Source: Auanema rhodensis
Taxonomy: Eukaryota > Animalia > Nematoda
DNA: 64,000 bases
Direction of reading: 5' to 3'
NCBI GenBank assembly: GCA_964057225.1
Contig: OZ059900.1
Coordinates: forward strand, 1,116,001-1,180,000
Shown here: piece after piece, positions 27,801 through 42,035 of the stretch
How the letters are laid out: each line of letters starts with the position of its first letter
How positions within the stretch are numbered: the first letter of the stretch is position 1
Position numbers and translations under genes: made by a program
The notes under the pieces: model-generated
Told to the model about the DNA's origin: nothing
What the model saw: the letters and a program-made list of their open reading frames with translations, nothing else
Database searches by the model: none

Positions 27801-30800
27801 GTGAGATTCGAGAATCAAACACACAATACACGAAATAAGTTTATTTTTACGAGTTTGCACTGATATTTATTCATTTTGATCAAAAAAGGTCGAAAATAGA
27901 AAGAATTTTTGAAATTTCCGAGTTTTGAGTCTAATTTGGCTAATTCGCTCATATATATGATCAAAAGCATAGTTTTATTGTCTATGACAACAAAAGTCAT
28001 CAATTAAACGCTAGTGATGTTTAAATACTGAATTTCGCTCAAATAGCATTACTACACTAAGTATGGTCGTTTTTATGCCTTTAACACCATATACTCACCG
28101 ATTTTTGGTACAAAATCTGTAATACTCGTAAATTTTGATCATATTCGTTAAGATTTGAGAATCAAACATACAATACACAAAATCAGTCTATTTTTATGAG
28201 CTTGCACTGATATATATTCATTTTGATCAAAAAAGGTCGAAAATAGAAAGAATTTTTGAAATTTACGAGTTTTGAGTCTAATTTGGCTAAATCGCTCATA
28301 TATATGATCAGAAGCATAGTTTTATTGTCTATGACAACAAAAGTCATTAATTAAACACTAATGATGTTTAAATCACTAAATTTCGCTCAAATAGCATTAC
28401 TACACTAAGTATGGTCGTTTTTATGCCTTTAACACCATATACTCACCGATTTTTGGTACAAAATCTGTAATACTTGTAAATTTTGATCATATTCGTTAAG
28501 ATTCGAGAATCAAACACATAATACACGAAATAAGTCTATTTTTATGAGTTTGCACTGATATTTATTCATTTTGATCAAAAAAGGTCGAAAATAGAAAGAA
28601 TTTTTGAATTTTCCGAGTTTTGAGTCCAATTGGGCTAAATCGCTCATATATATGATCAAAAGCATAGTTTTACTGTCTATGATAACAAAAGTCTTCAAAT
28701 AGACACTAATAATGTGTAAATCACTGAATTTCACTCAAATAGCTTTACTACACTAAGTATGGTCGTTTTTATGCCTTTAACACCATATACTCACCGATTT
28801 TTGGTACAAAATCTGTAATACTCGTAAATTTTGATCATATTCAGTAAGATTTGAGAATCAAACATACAATACACAAAATCAGTCTATTTTTACAAGTTTG
28901 CACTGATATTTATTCATTTTGATCAAAAAAGATCGAAAATAGAAAGAATTTTTGAAATTTCCGAGTTTTGAGTCCAATTTGGCTAAATCGCTCATATATA
29001 TGATCAAAAGCATAGTTTTATTGTCTATGACAACAAAAGTCATTAATTAAACACTAATGATGTTCAAATCACTAAATTTCGCTCAAATAGCATTACTACA
29101 CTAAGTATGGTCGTTTTTATGCCTTTAACACCATATACTCACCGATTTTTGGTACAAAATCTGTAATACTTGTAAATTTTGATCATATTCGTTAAGATTC
29201 GAGAATCAAACACATAATACACGAAATAAGTCTATTTTTACAAGTTTGCACTGATATTTATTCATTTTGATCAAAAAAGATCGAAAATAGAAAGAATTTT
29301 TGAAATTTCCGAGTTTTGAGTCCAATTTGGCTAAATCGCTCATATATATGATCAAAAGCATAGTTTTATTGTCTATAACAACAAAAGTCATCAATTAAAC
29401 GCTAGTGATGTTTTAATACTGAATTTCGCTCAAATAGCATTACTACACTAAGTATGGTCGTTTTTATGCCTTTAACACCATATACTCACCGATTTTTGGT
29501 ACAAAATCTGTGATACTCGTAAATTTTGATCATATTCGGTGAGATTCGAGAATCAAACACACAATACACGAAATAAGTTTATTTTGACGAGTTTGCACTG
29601 ATATTTATTCATTTTGATCAAAAAAGGTCGAAAATAGAAAGATTTTTTGAAATTTCCGAGTTTTGAGTCTAATTTGGCTAAATCGCTCATATATATGATC
29701 AGAAGCAGAGATGTATTGTCTATGACAACAAAAGTCATTGATTGAACACTAATGATGTTTAAATCACTGAATTTCGCTCAAATAGCATTACTACACTAAG
29801 GATGGTCGTTTTTATGCCTTTAACACCATATACTCACCGATTTTTGGTACAAAATCTGTAATACTTGTAAATTTCGATCATATTCGTTAAGATTTGAGAA
29901 TCAAACACATAATACACGAAATAAGTCTTTTTTTACAAGTTTGCACTGATATTTATTCATTTTGATCAAAAAAGGTCGAAAATAGAAAGAATTTTTGAAA
30001 TTTACGAGTTTTGAGTCTAATTTGGCTAAATCGCTCATATATATGATCAGAAGCATAGTTTTATTGTCTATGACAACAAAAGTCATTAATTAAACACTAA
30101 TGATGTTTAATTACTGATTTTCGCTCAAATAGCATTACTACACTAAGTATGGTCGTTTTTATACCTTCAACACCAGATACTCACCGATTTTTGGTACAAA
30201 ATCTGTAATACTCGTAAATTTCGATCATATTCGTTAAGATTTGAGAATCAAACACACAATACACGAAATGAGTTTATTTTCACGAGTTTGCACTGATATT
30301 TATTCATTTTGATCAAAAAAGGTCGAAAATAGAAAGAATTTTTGAATTTTCCGAGTTTTGAGTCCAATTGGGCTAAATCGCTCATATATATGATCAAAAG
30401 CATAGTTTTACTGTCTATGATAACAAAAGTCTTCAAATATACACTAGTAATGATTAAATCACTGAATTTCACTCAAATAGCATTACTATACTAAGTATGG
30501 TCGTTTTTATGCCTTTAACACCATATACTCACCGATTTTTGGTACAAAATCTGTAATACTTGTAAATTTCGATCATATTCGTTAAGATTTGAGAATCAAA
30601 CACATAATACACGAAATAAGTCTATTTTTACAAGTTTGCACTGATATTTATTCATTTTGATCAAAAAAGGTTGAAAATAGAAAGAATTTTTGAAATTTCC
30701 GAGTTTTGAGTCCAATTTGGCTAAATCGCTCATATATATGATCAAAAGCATAGTTTTACTGTCTATGATAACAAAAGTCTTCAAATATACACTAGTAATG

Positions 30801-33005
30801 ATTAAATCACTGAATTTCACTCAAATAGCATTACTATAGTAAGTATGGTCGTTTTTATGCCTTTAACACCATATACTCACCGATTTTTGGTACAAAATCT
30901 GTAATACTCGTAAATTTTGATCATATTCGTTAAGATTTGAGAATCAAACATACAATACACGAAATCAGTCTATTTTTATGAGCTTGCACTGATATATATT
31001 CATTTTGATCAAAAAAGGTCGAAAATAGAAAGAATTTTTGAAATTTACGAGTTTTGAGTCTAATTTGGCTAAATCGCTCATATATATGATCAGAAGCATA
31101 GTTTTATTGTCTATGACAACAAAAGTCATTGATTAAACACTAATAATGTTTAAATCACTAAATTTCGCTCAAATAGCATTACTACACTAAGTATGGTCGT
31201 TTTTATGCCTTTAACACCATATACTCACCGATTTTTGGTACAAAATCTGTAATACTTGTAAATTTTGATCATATTCGTTAAGATTCGAGAATCAAACACA
31301 TAATACACGAAAGAAGTCTATTTTTATGAGTTTGCACTGATATTTATTCATTTTGATCAAAAAAGGTCGAAAATAGAAAGAAGTTTTGAAATTTCCGAGT
31401 TTTGAGTCTAATTTGGCTAAATCGCTCATATATATGATCAGAAGCATAGTTTTATTGTCTATGACAACAAAAATCATCAATTAAACGCTAGTGATGTTTA
31501 AATACTGATTTTCGCTCAAATAGCATTACTACACTAAGTATGGTCGTTTTTATGCCTTTAACACCATATACTCACCGATTTTTGGTACAAAATCTGTAAT
31601 ACTCGTAAATTTTGATCATATTTGTTAAGATTTGAGAATCAAACATACAATACACAAAATCAGTCTATTTTTATGAGCTTGCACTGATATATATTCATTT
31701 TGATCAAAAAAGGTCGAAAATAGAAAGATTTTTTGAATTTTCCGAGTTTTGAGTCCAATTGGGCTAAATCGCTCATATATATGATCAAAAGCATAGTTTT
31801 ACTGTCTATGATAACAAAAGTCTTCAAATATACACTAATAATGTGTAAATCACTGAATTTCACTCAAATAGCTTTACTACACTAAGTATGGTCGTTTTTA
31901 TGCCTTTAACACCATATACTCACCGATTTTTGGTACAAAATCTGTAATACTCGTAAATTTTGATCATATTCGTTAAGATTTGAGAATCAAACATACAATA
32001 CACGAAATCAGTCTATTTTTATGAGCTTGCACTGATATATGTTCATTTTGATCAAAAAAGGTCGAAAATAGAAAGAATTTTTGAAATTTACGAGTTTTGA
32101 GTCTAATTTGGCTAAATCGCTCATATATATGATCAGAAGCATAGTTTTATTGTCTATGACAACAAAAATCATCAATTAAACGCTAGTGATGTTTAAATAC
32201 TGATTTTCGCTCAAATAGCATTACTACACTAAGTATGGTCGTTTTTATGCCTTTAACACCATATACTCACCGATTTTTGGTACAAAATCTGTAATACTTG
32301 TAAATTTTGATCATATTCGTTAAGATTCGAGAATAAAACACATAATACACGAAAGAAGTCTATTTTTATGAGTTTGCACTGATATTTATTCATTTTGATC
32401 AAAAAAGGTCGAAAATAGAAAGAATTTTTGAAATTACCGAGTTTTGATTCTAATTTGGCTAAATCGCTCATATATATGATCAGAAGCATAGTTTTATTGT
32501 CTATGACAACAAAAATCATCAATTAAACGCTAGTGATGTTTAAATACTGATTTTCGCTCAAATAGCATTACTACACTAAGTATGGTCGTTTTTATGCCTT
32601 TAACACCATATACTCACCGATTTTTGGTACAAAATCTGTAATACTCGTAAATTTTGATCATATTCGTTAAGATTTGAGAATCAAACATACAATACACAAA
32701 ATCAGTCTATTTTTATGAGCTTGCACTGATATATATTCATTTTGATCAAAAAAGGTCGAAAATAGAAAGAATTTTTGAAATTTCCGAGTTTTGAGTCTAA
32801 TTTGGCTAAATCGCTCATATATATGATCAGAAGCATAGTTTTATTGTCTGTGACAACAAAAATCATCAATTAAACGCTAGTGATGTTTAAATACTGATTT
32901 TCGCTCAAATAGCATTACTACACTAAGTATGGTCGTTTTTATGCCTTTAACACCATATACTCACCGATTTTTGGTACAAAATCTGTAATACTTGTAAATT
33001 TTGAT
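21885..33005. repeat. More diverged satellite domain with many private variants and only degenerate HOR periodicity
   Basis: Alleles seen only here: GCAGAGATGTATTG (26921, 29701), ATTCAAGAAT (~23984, ~25721, ~26415), ATACCTTCAAC (~24948, ~30161), CTAAGGATGG, TTTTCACGAG, GAAAGAAGTCTA. Confidence 0.85.
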
Positions 33006-36000
33006 CATATTCGTTAAGATTCGAGAATCAAACACATAATACACGAAATAAGTCTATTTTTACAAGTTTGCACTGATATTTATTCATTTTGATCAAAAAA
33101 GATCGAAAATAGAAAGAATTTTTGAAATTTCCGAGTTTTGAGTCCAATTTGGCTAAATCGCTCATATATATGATCAAAAGCATAGTTTTATTGTCTATAA
33201 CAACAAAAGTCATCAATTAAACGCTAGTGATGTTTAAATACTGAATTTCACTCAAATAGCATTACTACACTAAGTATGGTCGTTTTTATGCCTTTAACAC
33301 CATATACTCACCGATTTTTGGTACAAAATCTGTGATACTCGTAAATTTTGATCATATTCGGTGAGATTCGAGAATCAAACACACAATACACGAAATAAGT
33401 TTATTTTTACGAGTTTGCACTGATATTTATTCATTTTGATCAAAAAAGGTCGAAAATAGAAAGAATTTTTGAAATTTCCGAGTTTTGAGTCTAATTTGGC
33501 TAAATCGCTCATATATATGATCAAAAGCATAGTTTTATTGTCTATGACAACAAAAGTCATCAATTAAACGCTAGTGATGTTTAAATACTGAATTTCGCTC
33601 AAATAGCATTACTACACTAAGTATGGTCGTTTTTATGCCTTTAACACCATATACTCACCGATTTTTGGTACAAAATCTGTAATACTCGTAAATTTTGATC
33701 ATATTCGTTAAGATTTGAGAATCAAACATACAATACACAAAATCAGTCTATTTTTATGAGCTTGCACTGATATATATTCATTTTGATCAAAAAAGGTCGA
33801 AAATAGAAAGAATTTTTGAAATTTACGAGTTTTGAGTCCAATTGGGCTAAATCGCTCATATATATGATCAAAAGCATAGTTTTACTGTCTATGATAACAA
33901 AAGTCTTCAAATATACACTAATAATGTGTAAATCACTGAATTTCACTCAAATAGCTTTACTACACTAAGTATGGTCGTTTTTATGCCTTTAACACCATAT
34001 ACTCACCGATTTTTGGTACAAAATCTGTAATACTCGTAAATTTTGATCATATTCGTTAAGATTTGAGAATCAAACATACAATACACAAAATCAGTCTATT
34101 TTTATGAGCTTGCACTGATATATATTCATTTTGATCAAAAAAGGTCGAAAATAGAAAGAATTTTTGAAATTTCCGAGTTTTGAGTCTAATTTGGCTAAAT
34201 CGCTCATATATATGATCAGAAGCATAGTTTTATTGTCTATGACAACAAAAATCATCAATTAAACGCTAGTGATGTTTAAATACTGATTTTCGCTCAAATA
34301 GCATTACTACACTAAGTATGGTCGTTTTTATGCCTTTAACACCATATACTCACCGATTTTTGGTACAAAATCTGTAATACTTGTAAATTTTGATCATATT
34401 CGTTAAAATTCGAGAATCAAACACATAATACACGAAATAAGTCTATTTTTATGAGTTTGCACTGATATTTATTCATTTTGATCAAAAAAGGTCGAAAATA
34501 GAAAGAATTTTTGAAATTTCCGAGTTTTGAGTCCAATTTGGCTAAATCGCTCATATATATGATCAAAAGCATAGTTCTATTGTCTATAACAACAAAAGTC
34601 TTCAATTAAACGCTAGTGATGTTTTAATACTGAATTTCGCTCAAATAGCATTACTACACTAAGTATGGTCGTTTTTATGCCTTTAACACCATATACTCAC
34701 CGATTTTTGGTACAAAATCTGTAATACTCGTAAATTTTGATCATATTCGTTAAGATTTGAGAATCAAACATACAATACACGAAATCAGTCTATTTTTATG
34801 AGCTTGCACTGATATATATTCATTTTGATCAAAAAAGGTCGAAAATAGAAAGAATTTTTGAAATTTACGAGTTTTGAGTCTAATTTGGCTAAATCGCTCA
34901 TATATATGATCAGAAGCATAGTTTTATTGTCTATGACAACAAAAGTCATTAATTAAACACTAATAATGTTTAAATCACTAAATTTCGCTCAAATAGCATT
35001 ACTACACTAAGTATTGTCGTTTTTATGCCTTTAACACCATATACTCACCGATTTTTGGTACAAAATCTGTAATACTTGTAAATTTTGATCATATTCGTTA
35101 AGATTTGAGAATCAAACACATAATACACGAAATAAGTCTATTTTTATGAGTTTGCACTGATATTTATTCATTTTGATCAAAAAAGGTCGAAAATAGAAAG
35201 AATTTTTGAAATTACCGAGTTTTGAGTCTAATTTGGCTAAATCGCTCATATATATGATCAGAAGCATAGTTTTATTGTCTATGACAACAAAAATCATCAA
35301 TTAAACGCTAGTGATGTTTAAATACTGATTTTCGCTCAAATAGCATTACTACACTAAGTATGGTCGTTTTTATGCCTTTAACACCATATACTCACCGATT
35401 TTTGGTACAAAATCTGTAATACTTGTAAATTTTGATCATATTCGTTAAGATTTGAGAATCAAACATACAATACACAAAATCAGTCTATTTTTATGAGCTT
35501 GCACTGATATATATTCATTTTGATCAAAAAAGGTCGAAAATAGAAAGAATTTTTGAAATTTCCGAGTTTTGAGTCTAATTTGGCTAAATCGCTCATATAT
35601 ATGATCAGAAGCATAGTTTTATTGTCTATGACAACAAAAATCATCAATTAACCGCTAGTGATGTTTAAATACTGATTTTCGCTCAAATAGCATTACTACA
35701 CTAAGTATGGTCGTTTTTATGCCTTTAACACCATATACTCACCGATTTTTGGTACAAAATCTGTAATACTTGTAAATTTTGATCATATTCGTTAAGATTC
35801 GAGAATCAAACACATAATACACGAAATAAGTCTATTTTTACAAGTTTGCACTGATATTTATTCATTTTGATCAAAAAAGATCGAAAATAGAAAGAATTTT
35901 TGAAATTTCCGAGTTTTGAGTCCAATTTGGCTAAATCGCTCATATATATGATCAAAAGCATAGTTTTATTGTCTATAACAACAAAAGTCATCAATTAAAC

Positions 36001-39000
36001 GCTAGTGATGTTTAAATACTGAATTTCACTCAAATAGCATTACTACACTAAGTATGGTCGTTTTTATGCCTTTAACACCATATACTCACCGATTTTTGGT
36101 ACAAAATCTGTGATACTCGTAAATTTTGATCATATTCGGTGAGATTCGAGAATCAAACACACAATACACGAAATAAGTTTATTTTTACGAGTTTGCACTG
36201 ATATTTATTCATTTTGATCAAAAAAGGTCGAAAATAGAAAGAATTTTTGAAATTTCCGAGTTTTGAGTCTAATTTGGCTAAATCGCTCATATATATGATC
36301 AAAAGCATAGTTTTATTGTCTATGACAACAAAAGTCATCAATTAAACGCTAGTGATGTTTAAATACTGAATTTCGCTCAAATAGCATTACTACACTAAGT
36401 ATGGTCGTTTTTATGCCTTTAACACCATATACTCACCGATTTTTGGTACAAAATCTGTAATACTTGTAAATTTTGATCATATTCGTTAAGATTTGAGAAT
36501 CAAACATACAATACACAAAATCAGTCTATTTTTATGAGCTTGCACTGATATATATTCATTTTGATCAAAAAAGGTCGAAAATAGAAAGAATTTTTGAAAT
36601 TTACGAGTTTTGAGTCCAATTGGGCTAAATCGCTCATATATATGATCAAAAGCATAGTTTTACTGTCTATGATAACAAAAGTCTTCAAATATACACTAAT
36701 AATGTGTAAATCACTGAATTTCACTCAAATAGCTTTACTACACTAAGTATGGTCGTTTTTATGCCTTTAACACCATATACTCACCGATTTTTGGTACAAA
36801 ATCTGTAATACTCGTAAATTTTGATCATATTCGTTAAGATTTGAGAATCAAACATACAATACACAAAATCAGTCTATTTTTATGAGCTTGCACTGATATA
36901 TATTCATTTTGATCAAAAAAGGTCGAAAATAGAAAGAATTTTTGAAATTTCCGAGTTTTGAGTCTAATTTGGCTAAATCGCTCATATATATGATCAGAAG
37001 CATAGTTTTATTGTCTATGACAACAAAAATCATCAATTAAACGCTAGTGATGTTTAAATACTGATTTTCGCTCAAATAGCATTACTACACTAAGTATGGT
37101 CGTTTTTATGCCTTTAACACCATATACTCACCGATTTTTGGTACAAAATCTGTAATACTTGTAAATTTTGATCATATTCGTTAAAATTCGAGAATCAAAC
37201 ACATAATACACGAAATAAGTCTATTTTTATGAGTTTGCACTGATATTTATTCATTTTGATCAAAAAAGGTCGAAAATAGAAAGAATTTTTGAAATTTCCG
37301 AGTTTTGAGTCCAATTTGGCTAAATCGCTCATATATATGATCAAAAGCATAGTTCTATTGTCTATAACAACAAAAGTCTTCAATTAAACGCTAGTGATGT
37401 TTTAATACTGAATTTCGCTCAAATAGCATTACTACACTAAGTATGGTCGTTTTTATGCCTTTAACACCATATACTCACCGATTTTTGGTACAAAATCTGT
37501 AATACTCGTAAATTTTGATCATATTCGTTAAGATTTGAGAATCAAACATACAATACACGAAATCAGTCTATTTTTATGAGCTTGCACTGATATATATTCA
37601 TTTTGATCAAAAAAGGTCGAAAATAGAAAGAATTTTTGAAATTTACGAGTTTTGAGTCTAATTTGGCTAAATCGCTCATATATATGATCAGAAGCATAGT
37701 TTTATTGTCTATGACAACAAAAGTCATTAATTAAACACTAATAATGTTTAAATCACTAAATTTCGCTCAAATAGCATTACTACACTAAGTATTGTCGTTT
37801 TTATGCCTTTAACACCATATACTCACCGATTTTTGGTACAAAATCTGTAATACTTGTAAATTTTGATCATATTCGTTAAGATTTGAGAATCAAACACATA
37901 ATACACGAAATAAGTCTATTTTTATGAGTTTGCACTGATATTTATTCATTTTGATCAAAAAAGGTCGAAAATAGAAAGAATTTTTGAAATTACCGAGTTT
38001 TGAGTCTAATTTGGCTAAATCGCTCATATATATGATCAGAAGCATAGTTTTATTGTCTATGACAACAAAAATCATCAATTAAACGCTAGTGATGTTTAAA
38101 TACTGATTTTCGCTCAAATAGCATTACTACACTAAGTATGGTCGTTTTTATGCCTTTAACACCATATACTCACCGATTTTTGGTACAAAATCTGTAATAC
38201 TTGTAAATTTTGATCATATTCGTTAAGATTTGAGAATCAAACATACAATACACAAAATCAGTCTATTTTTATGAGCTTGCACTGATATATATTCATTTTG
38301 ATCAAAAAAGGTCGAAAATAGAAAGAATTTTTGAAATTTCCGAGTTTTGAGTCTAATTTGGCTAAATCGCTCATATATATGATCAGAAGCATAGTTTTAT
38401 TGTCTATGACAACAAAAATCATCAATTAAACGCTAGTGATGTTTAAATACTGATTTTCGCTCAAATAGCATTACTACACTAAGTATGGTCGTTTTTATGC
38501 CTTTAACACCATATACTCACCGATTTTTGGTACAAAATCTGTAATACTTGTAAATTTTGATCATATTCGTTAAGATTCGAGAATCAAACACATAATACAC
38601 GAAATAAGTCTATTTTTACAAGTTTGCACTGATATTTATTCATTTTGATCAAAAAAGATCGAAAATAGAAAGAATTTTTGAAATTTCCGAGTTTTGAGTC
38701 CAATTTGGCTAAATCGCTCATATATATGATCAAAAGCATAGTTTTATTGTCTATAACAAGAAAAGTCATCAATTAAACGCTAGTGATGTTTAAATACTGA
38801 ATTTCACTCAAATAGCATTACTACACTAAGTATGGTCGTTTTTATGCCTTTAACACCATATACTCACCGATTTTTGGTACAAAATCTGTGATACTCGTAA
38901 ATTTTGATCATATTCGGTGAGATTCGAGAATCAAACACACAATACACGAAATAAGTTTATTTTTACGAGTTTGCACTGATATTTATTCATTTTGATCAAA

Positions 39001-39255
39001 AAAGGTCGAAAATAGAAAGAATTTTTGAAATTTCCGAGTTTTGAGTCTAATTTGGCTAAATCGCTCATATATATGATCAAAAGCATAGTTTTATTGTCTA
39101 TGACAACAAAAGTCATCAATTAAACGCTAGTGATGTTTAAATACTGAATTTCGCTCAAATAGCATTACTACACTAAGTATGGTCGTTTTTATGCCTTTAA
39201 CACCATATACTCACCGATTTTTGGTACAAAATCTGTAATACTCGTAAATTTTGAT
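33006..39255. repeat. 8-mer higher-order repeat (2778 bp), two complete tandem copies plus two monomers
   Basis: Offset +2778 for 33028/35806/38584, 33375/36153/38931, 33743/36521, 34417/37195, 35112/37890; 2778 = 2x348 + 6x347. Confidence 0.93.
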
Positions 39256-40297
39256 CATATTCGTTAAGATTTGAGAATCAAACATACAATACACAAAATC
39301 AGTCTATTTTTATGAGCTTGCACTGATATATATTCATTTTGATCAAAAAAGGTCGAAAATAGAAAGAATTTTTGAAATTTACGAGTTTTGAGTCCAATTG
39401 GGCTAAATCGCTCATATATATGATCAAAAGCATAGTTTTATTGTCTATGACAACAAAAGTCATTAATTAAACACTAATAATGTTTAAATCACTAAATTTC
39501 GCTCAAATAGCATTACTACACTAAGTATTGTCGTTTTTATGCCTTTAACACCATATACTCACCGATTTTTGGTACAAAATCTGTAATACTTGTAAATTTT
39601 GATCATATTCGTTAAGATTTGAGAATCAAACACATAATACACGAAATAAGTCTATTTTTATGAGTTTGCACTGATATTTATTCATTTTGATCAAAAAAGG
39701 TCGAAAATAGAAAGAATTTTTGAAATTACCGAGTTTTGATTCTAATTTGGCTAAATCGCTCATATATATGATCAGAAGCATAGTTTTATTGTCTATGACA
39801 ACAAAAATCATCAATTAAACGCTAGTGATGTTTAAATACTGATTTTCGCTCAAATAGCATTACTACACTAAGTATGGTCGTTTTTATGCCTTTAACACCA
39901 TATACTCACCGATTTTTGGTACAAAATCTGTAATACTTGTAAATTTTGATCATATTCGTTAAGATTTGAGAATCAAACATACAATACACAAAATCAGTCT
40001 ATTTTTATGAGCTTGCACTGATATATATTCATTTTGATCAAAAAAGGTCGAAAATAGAAAGAATTTTTGAAATTTCCGAGTTTTGAGTCTAATTTGGCTA
40101 AATCGCTCATATATATGATCAGAAGCATAGTTTTATTGTCTATGACAACAAAAATCATCAATTAAACGCTAGTGATGTTTAAATACTGATTTTCGCTCAA
40201 ATAGCATTACTACACTAAGTATGGTCGTTTTTATGCCTTTAACACCATATACTCACCGATTTTTGGTACAAAATCTGTAATACTTGTAAATTTTGAT
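38562..40297. repeat. 5-mer HOR unit (1736 bp), also present at 55230-56965, 50019-51754 and, with one monomer duplicated, 5555-7637
   Basis: 38584 to 40320, 55252 to 56988 and 50041 to 51777 are each +1736 with the same monomer order. Shared markers: AAGTATTGTCG and GAAATTACCG. Confidence 0.8.
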
Positions 40298-42035
40298 CAT
40301 ATTCGTTAAGATTCGAGAATCAAACACATAATACACGAAATAAGTCTATTTTTACAAGTTTGCACTGATATTTATTCATTTTGATCAAAAAAGATCGAAA
40401 ATAGAAAGAATTTTTGAAATTTCCGAGTTTTGAGTCCAATTTGGCTAAATCGCTCATATATATGATCAAAAGCATAGTTTTATTGTCTATAACAACAAAA
40501 GTCATCAATTAAACGCTAGTGATGTTTAAATACTGAATTTCACTCAAATAGCATTACTACACTAAGTATGGTCGTTTTTATGCCTTTAACACCATATACT
40601 CACCGATTTTTGGTACAAAATCTGTGATACTCGTAAATTTTGATCATATTCGGTGAGATTCGAGAATCAAACACACAATACACGAAATAAGTTTATTTTT
40701 ACGAGTTTGCACTGATATTTATTCATTTTGATCAAAAAAGGTCGAAAATAGAAAGAATTTTTGAAATTTCCGAGTTTTGAGTCTAATTTGGCTAAATCGC
40801 TCATATATATGATCAAAAGCATAGTTTTATTGTCTATGACAACAAAAGTCATCAATTAAACGCTAGTGATGTTTAAATACTGAATTTCGCTCAAATAGCA
40901 TTACTACACTAAGTATGGTCGTTTTTATGCCTTTAACACCATATACTCACCGATTTTTGGTACAAAATCTGTAATACTCGTAAATTTTGATCATATTCGT
41001 TAAGATTTGAGAATCAAACATACAATACACAAAATCAGTCTATTTTTATGAGCTTGCACTGATATATATTCATTTTGATCAAAAAAGGTCGAAAATAGAA
41101 AGAATTTTTGAAATTTACGAGTTTTGAGTCCAATTGGGCTAAATCGCTCATATATATGATCAAAAGCATAGTTTTACTGTCTATGATAACAAAAGTCTTC
41201 AAATATACACTAATAATGTGTAAATCACTGAATTTCACTCAAATAGCTTTACTACACTAAGTATGGTCGTTTTTATGCCTTTAACACCATATACTCACCG
41301 ATTTTTGGTACAAAATCTGTAATACTCGTAAATTTTGATCATATTCGTTAAGATTTGAGAATCAAACATACAATACACAAAATCAGTCTATTTTTATGAG
41401 CTTGCACTGATATATATTCATTTTGATCAAAAAAGGTCGAAAATAGAAAGAATTTTTGAAATTTCCGAGTTTTGAGTCTAATTTGGCTAAATCGCTCATA
41501 TATATGATCAGAAGCATAGTTTTATTGTCTATGACAACAAAAGTCATTAATTAAACACTAATGATGTTCAAATCACTAAATTTCGCTCAAATAGCATTAC
41601 TACACTAAGTATGGTCGTTTTTATGCCTTTAACACCATATACTCACCGATTTTTGGTACAAAATCTGTAATACTTGTAAATTTTGATCATATTCGTTAAG
41701 ATTCGAGAATCAAACACATAATACACGAAATAAGTCTATTTTTATGAGTTTGCACTGATATTTATTCATTTTGATCAAAAAAGGTCGAAAATAGAAAGAA
41801 TTTTTGAAATTTCCGAGTTTTGAGTCTAATTTGGCTAAATCGCTCATATATATGATCAAAAGCATAGTTTTACTGTCTATGATAACAAAAGTCTTCAAAT
41901 ATACACTAATAATGTGTAAATCACTGAATTTCACTCAAATAGCTTTACTACACTAAGTATGGTCGTTTTTATGCCTTTAAAACCATATACTCACCGATTT
42001 TTGGTACAAAATCTGTAATACTTGTAAATTTTGAT

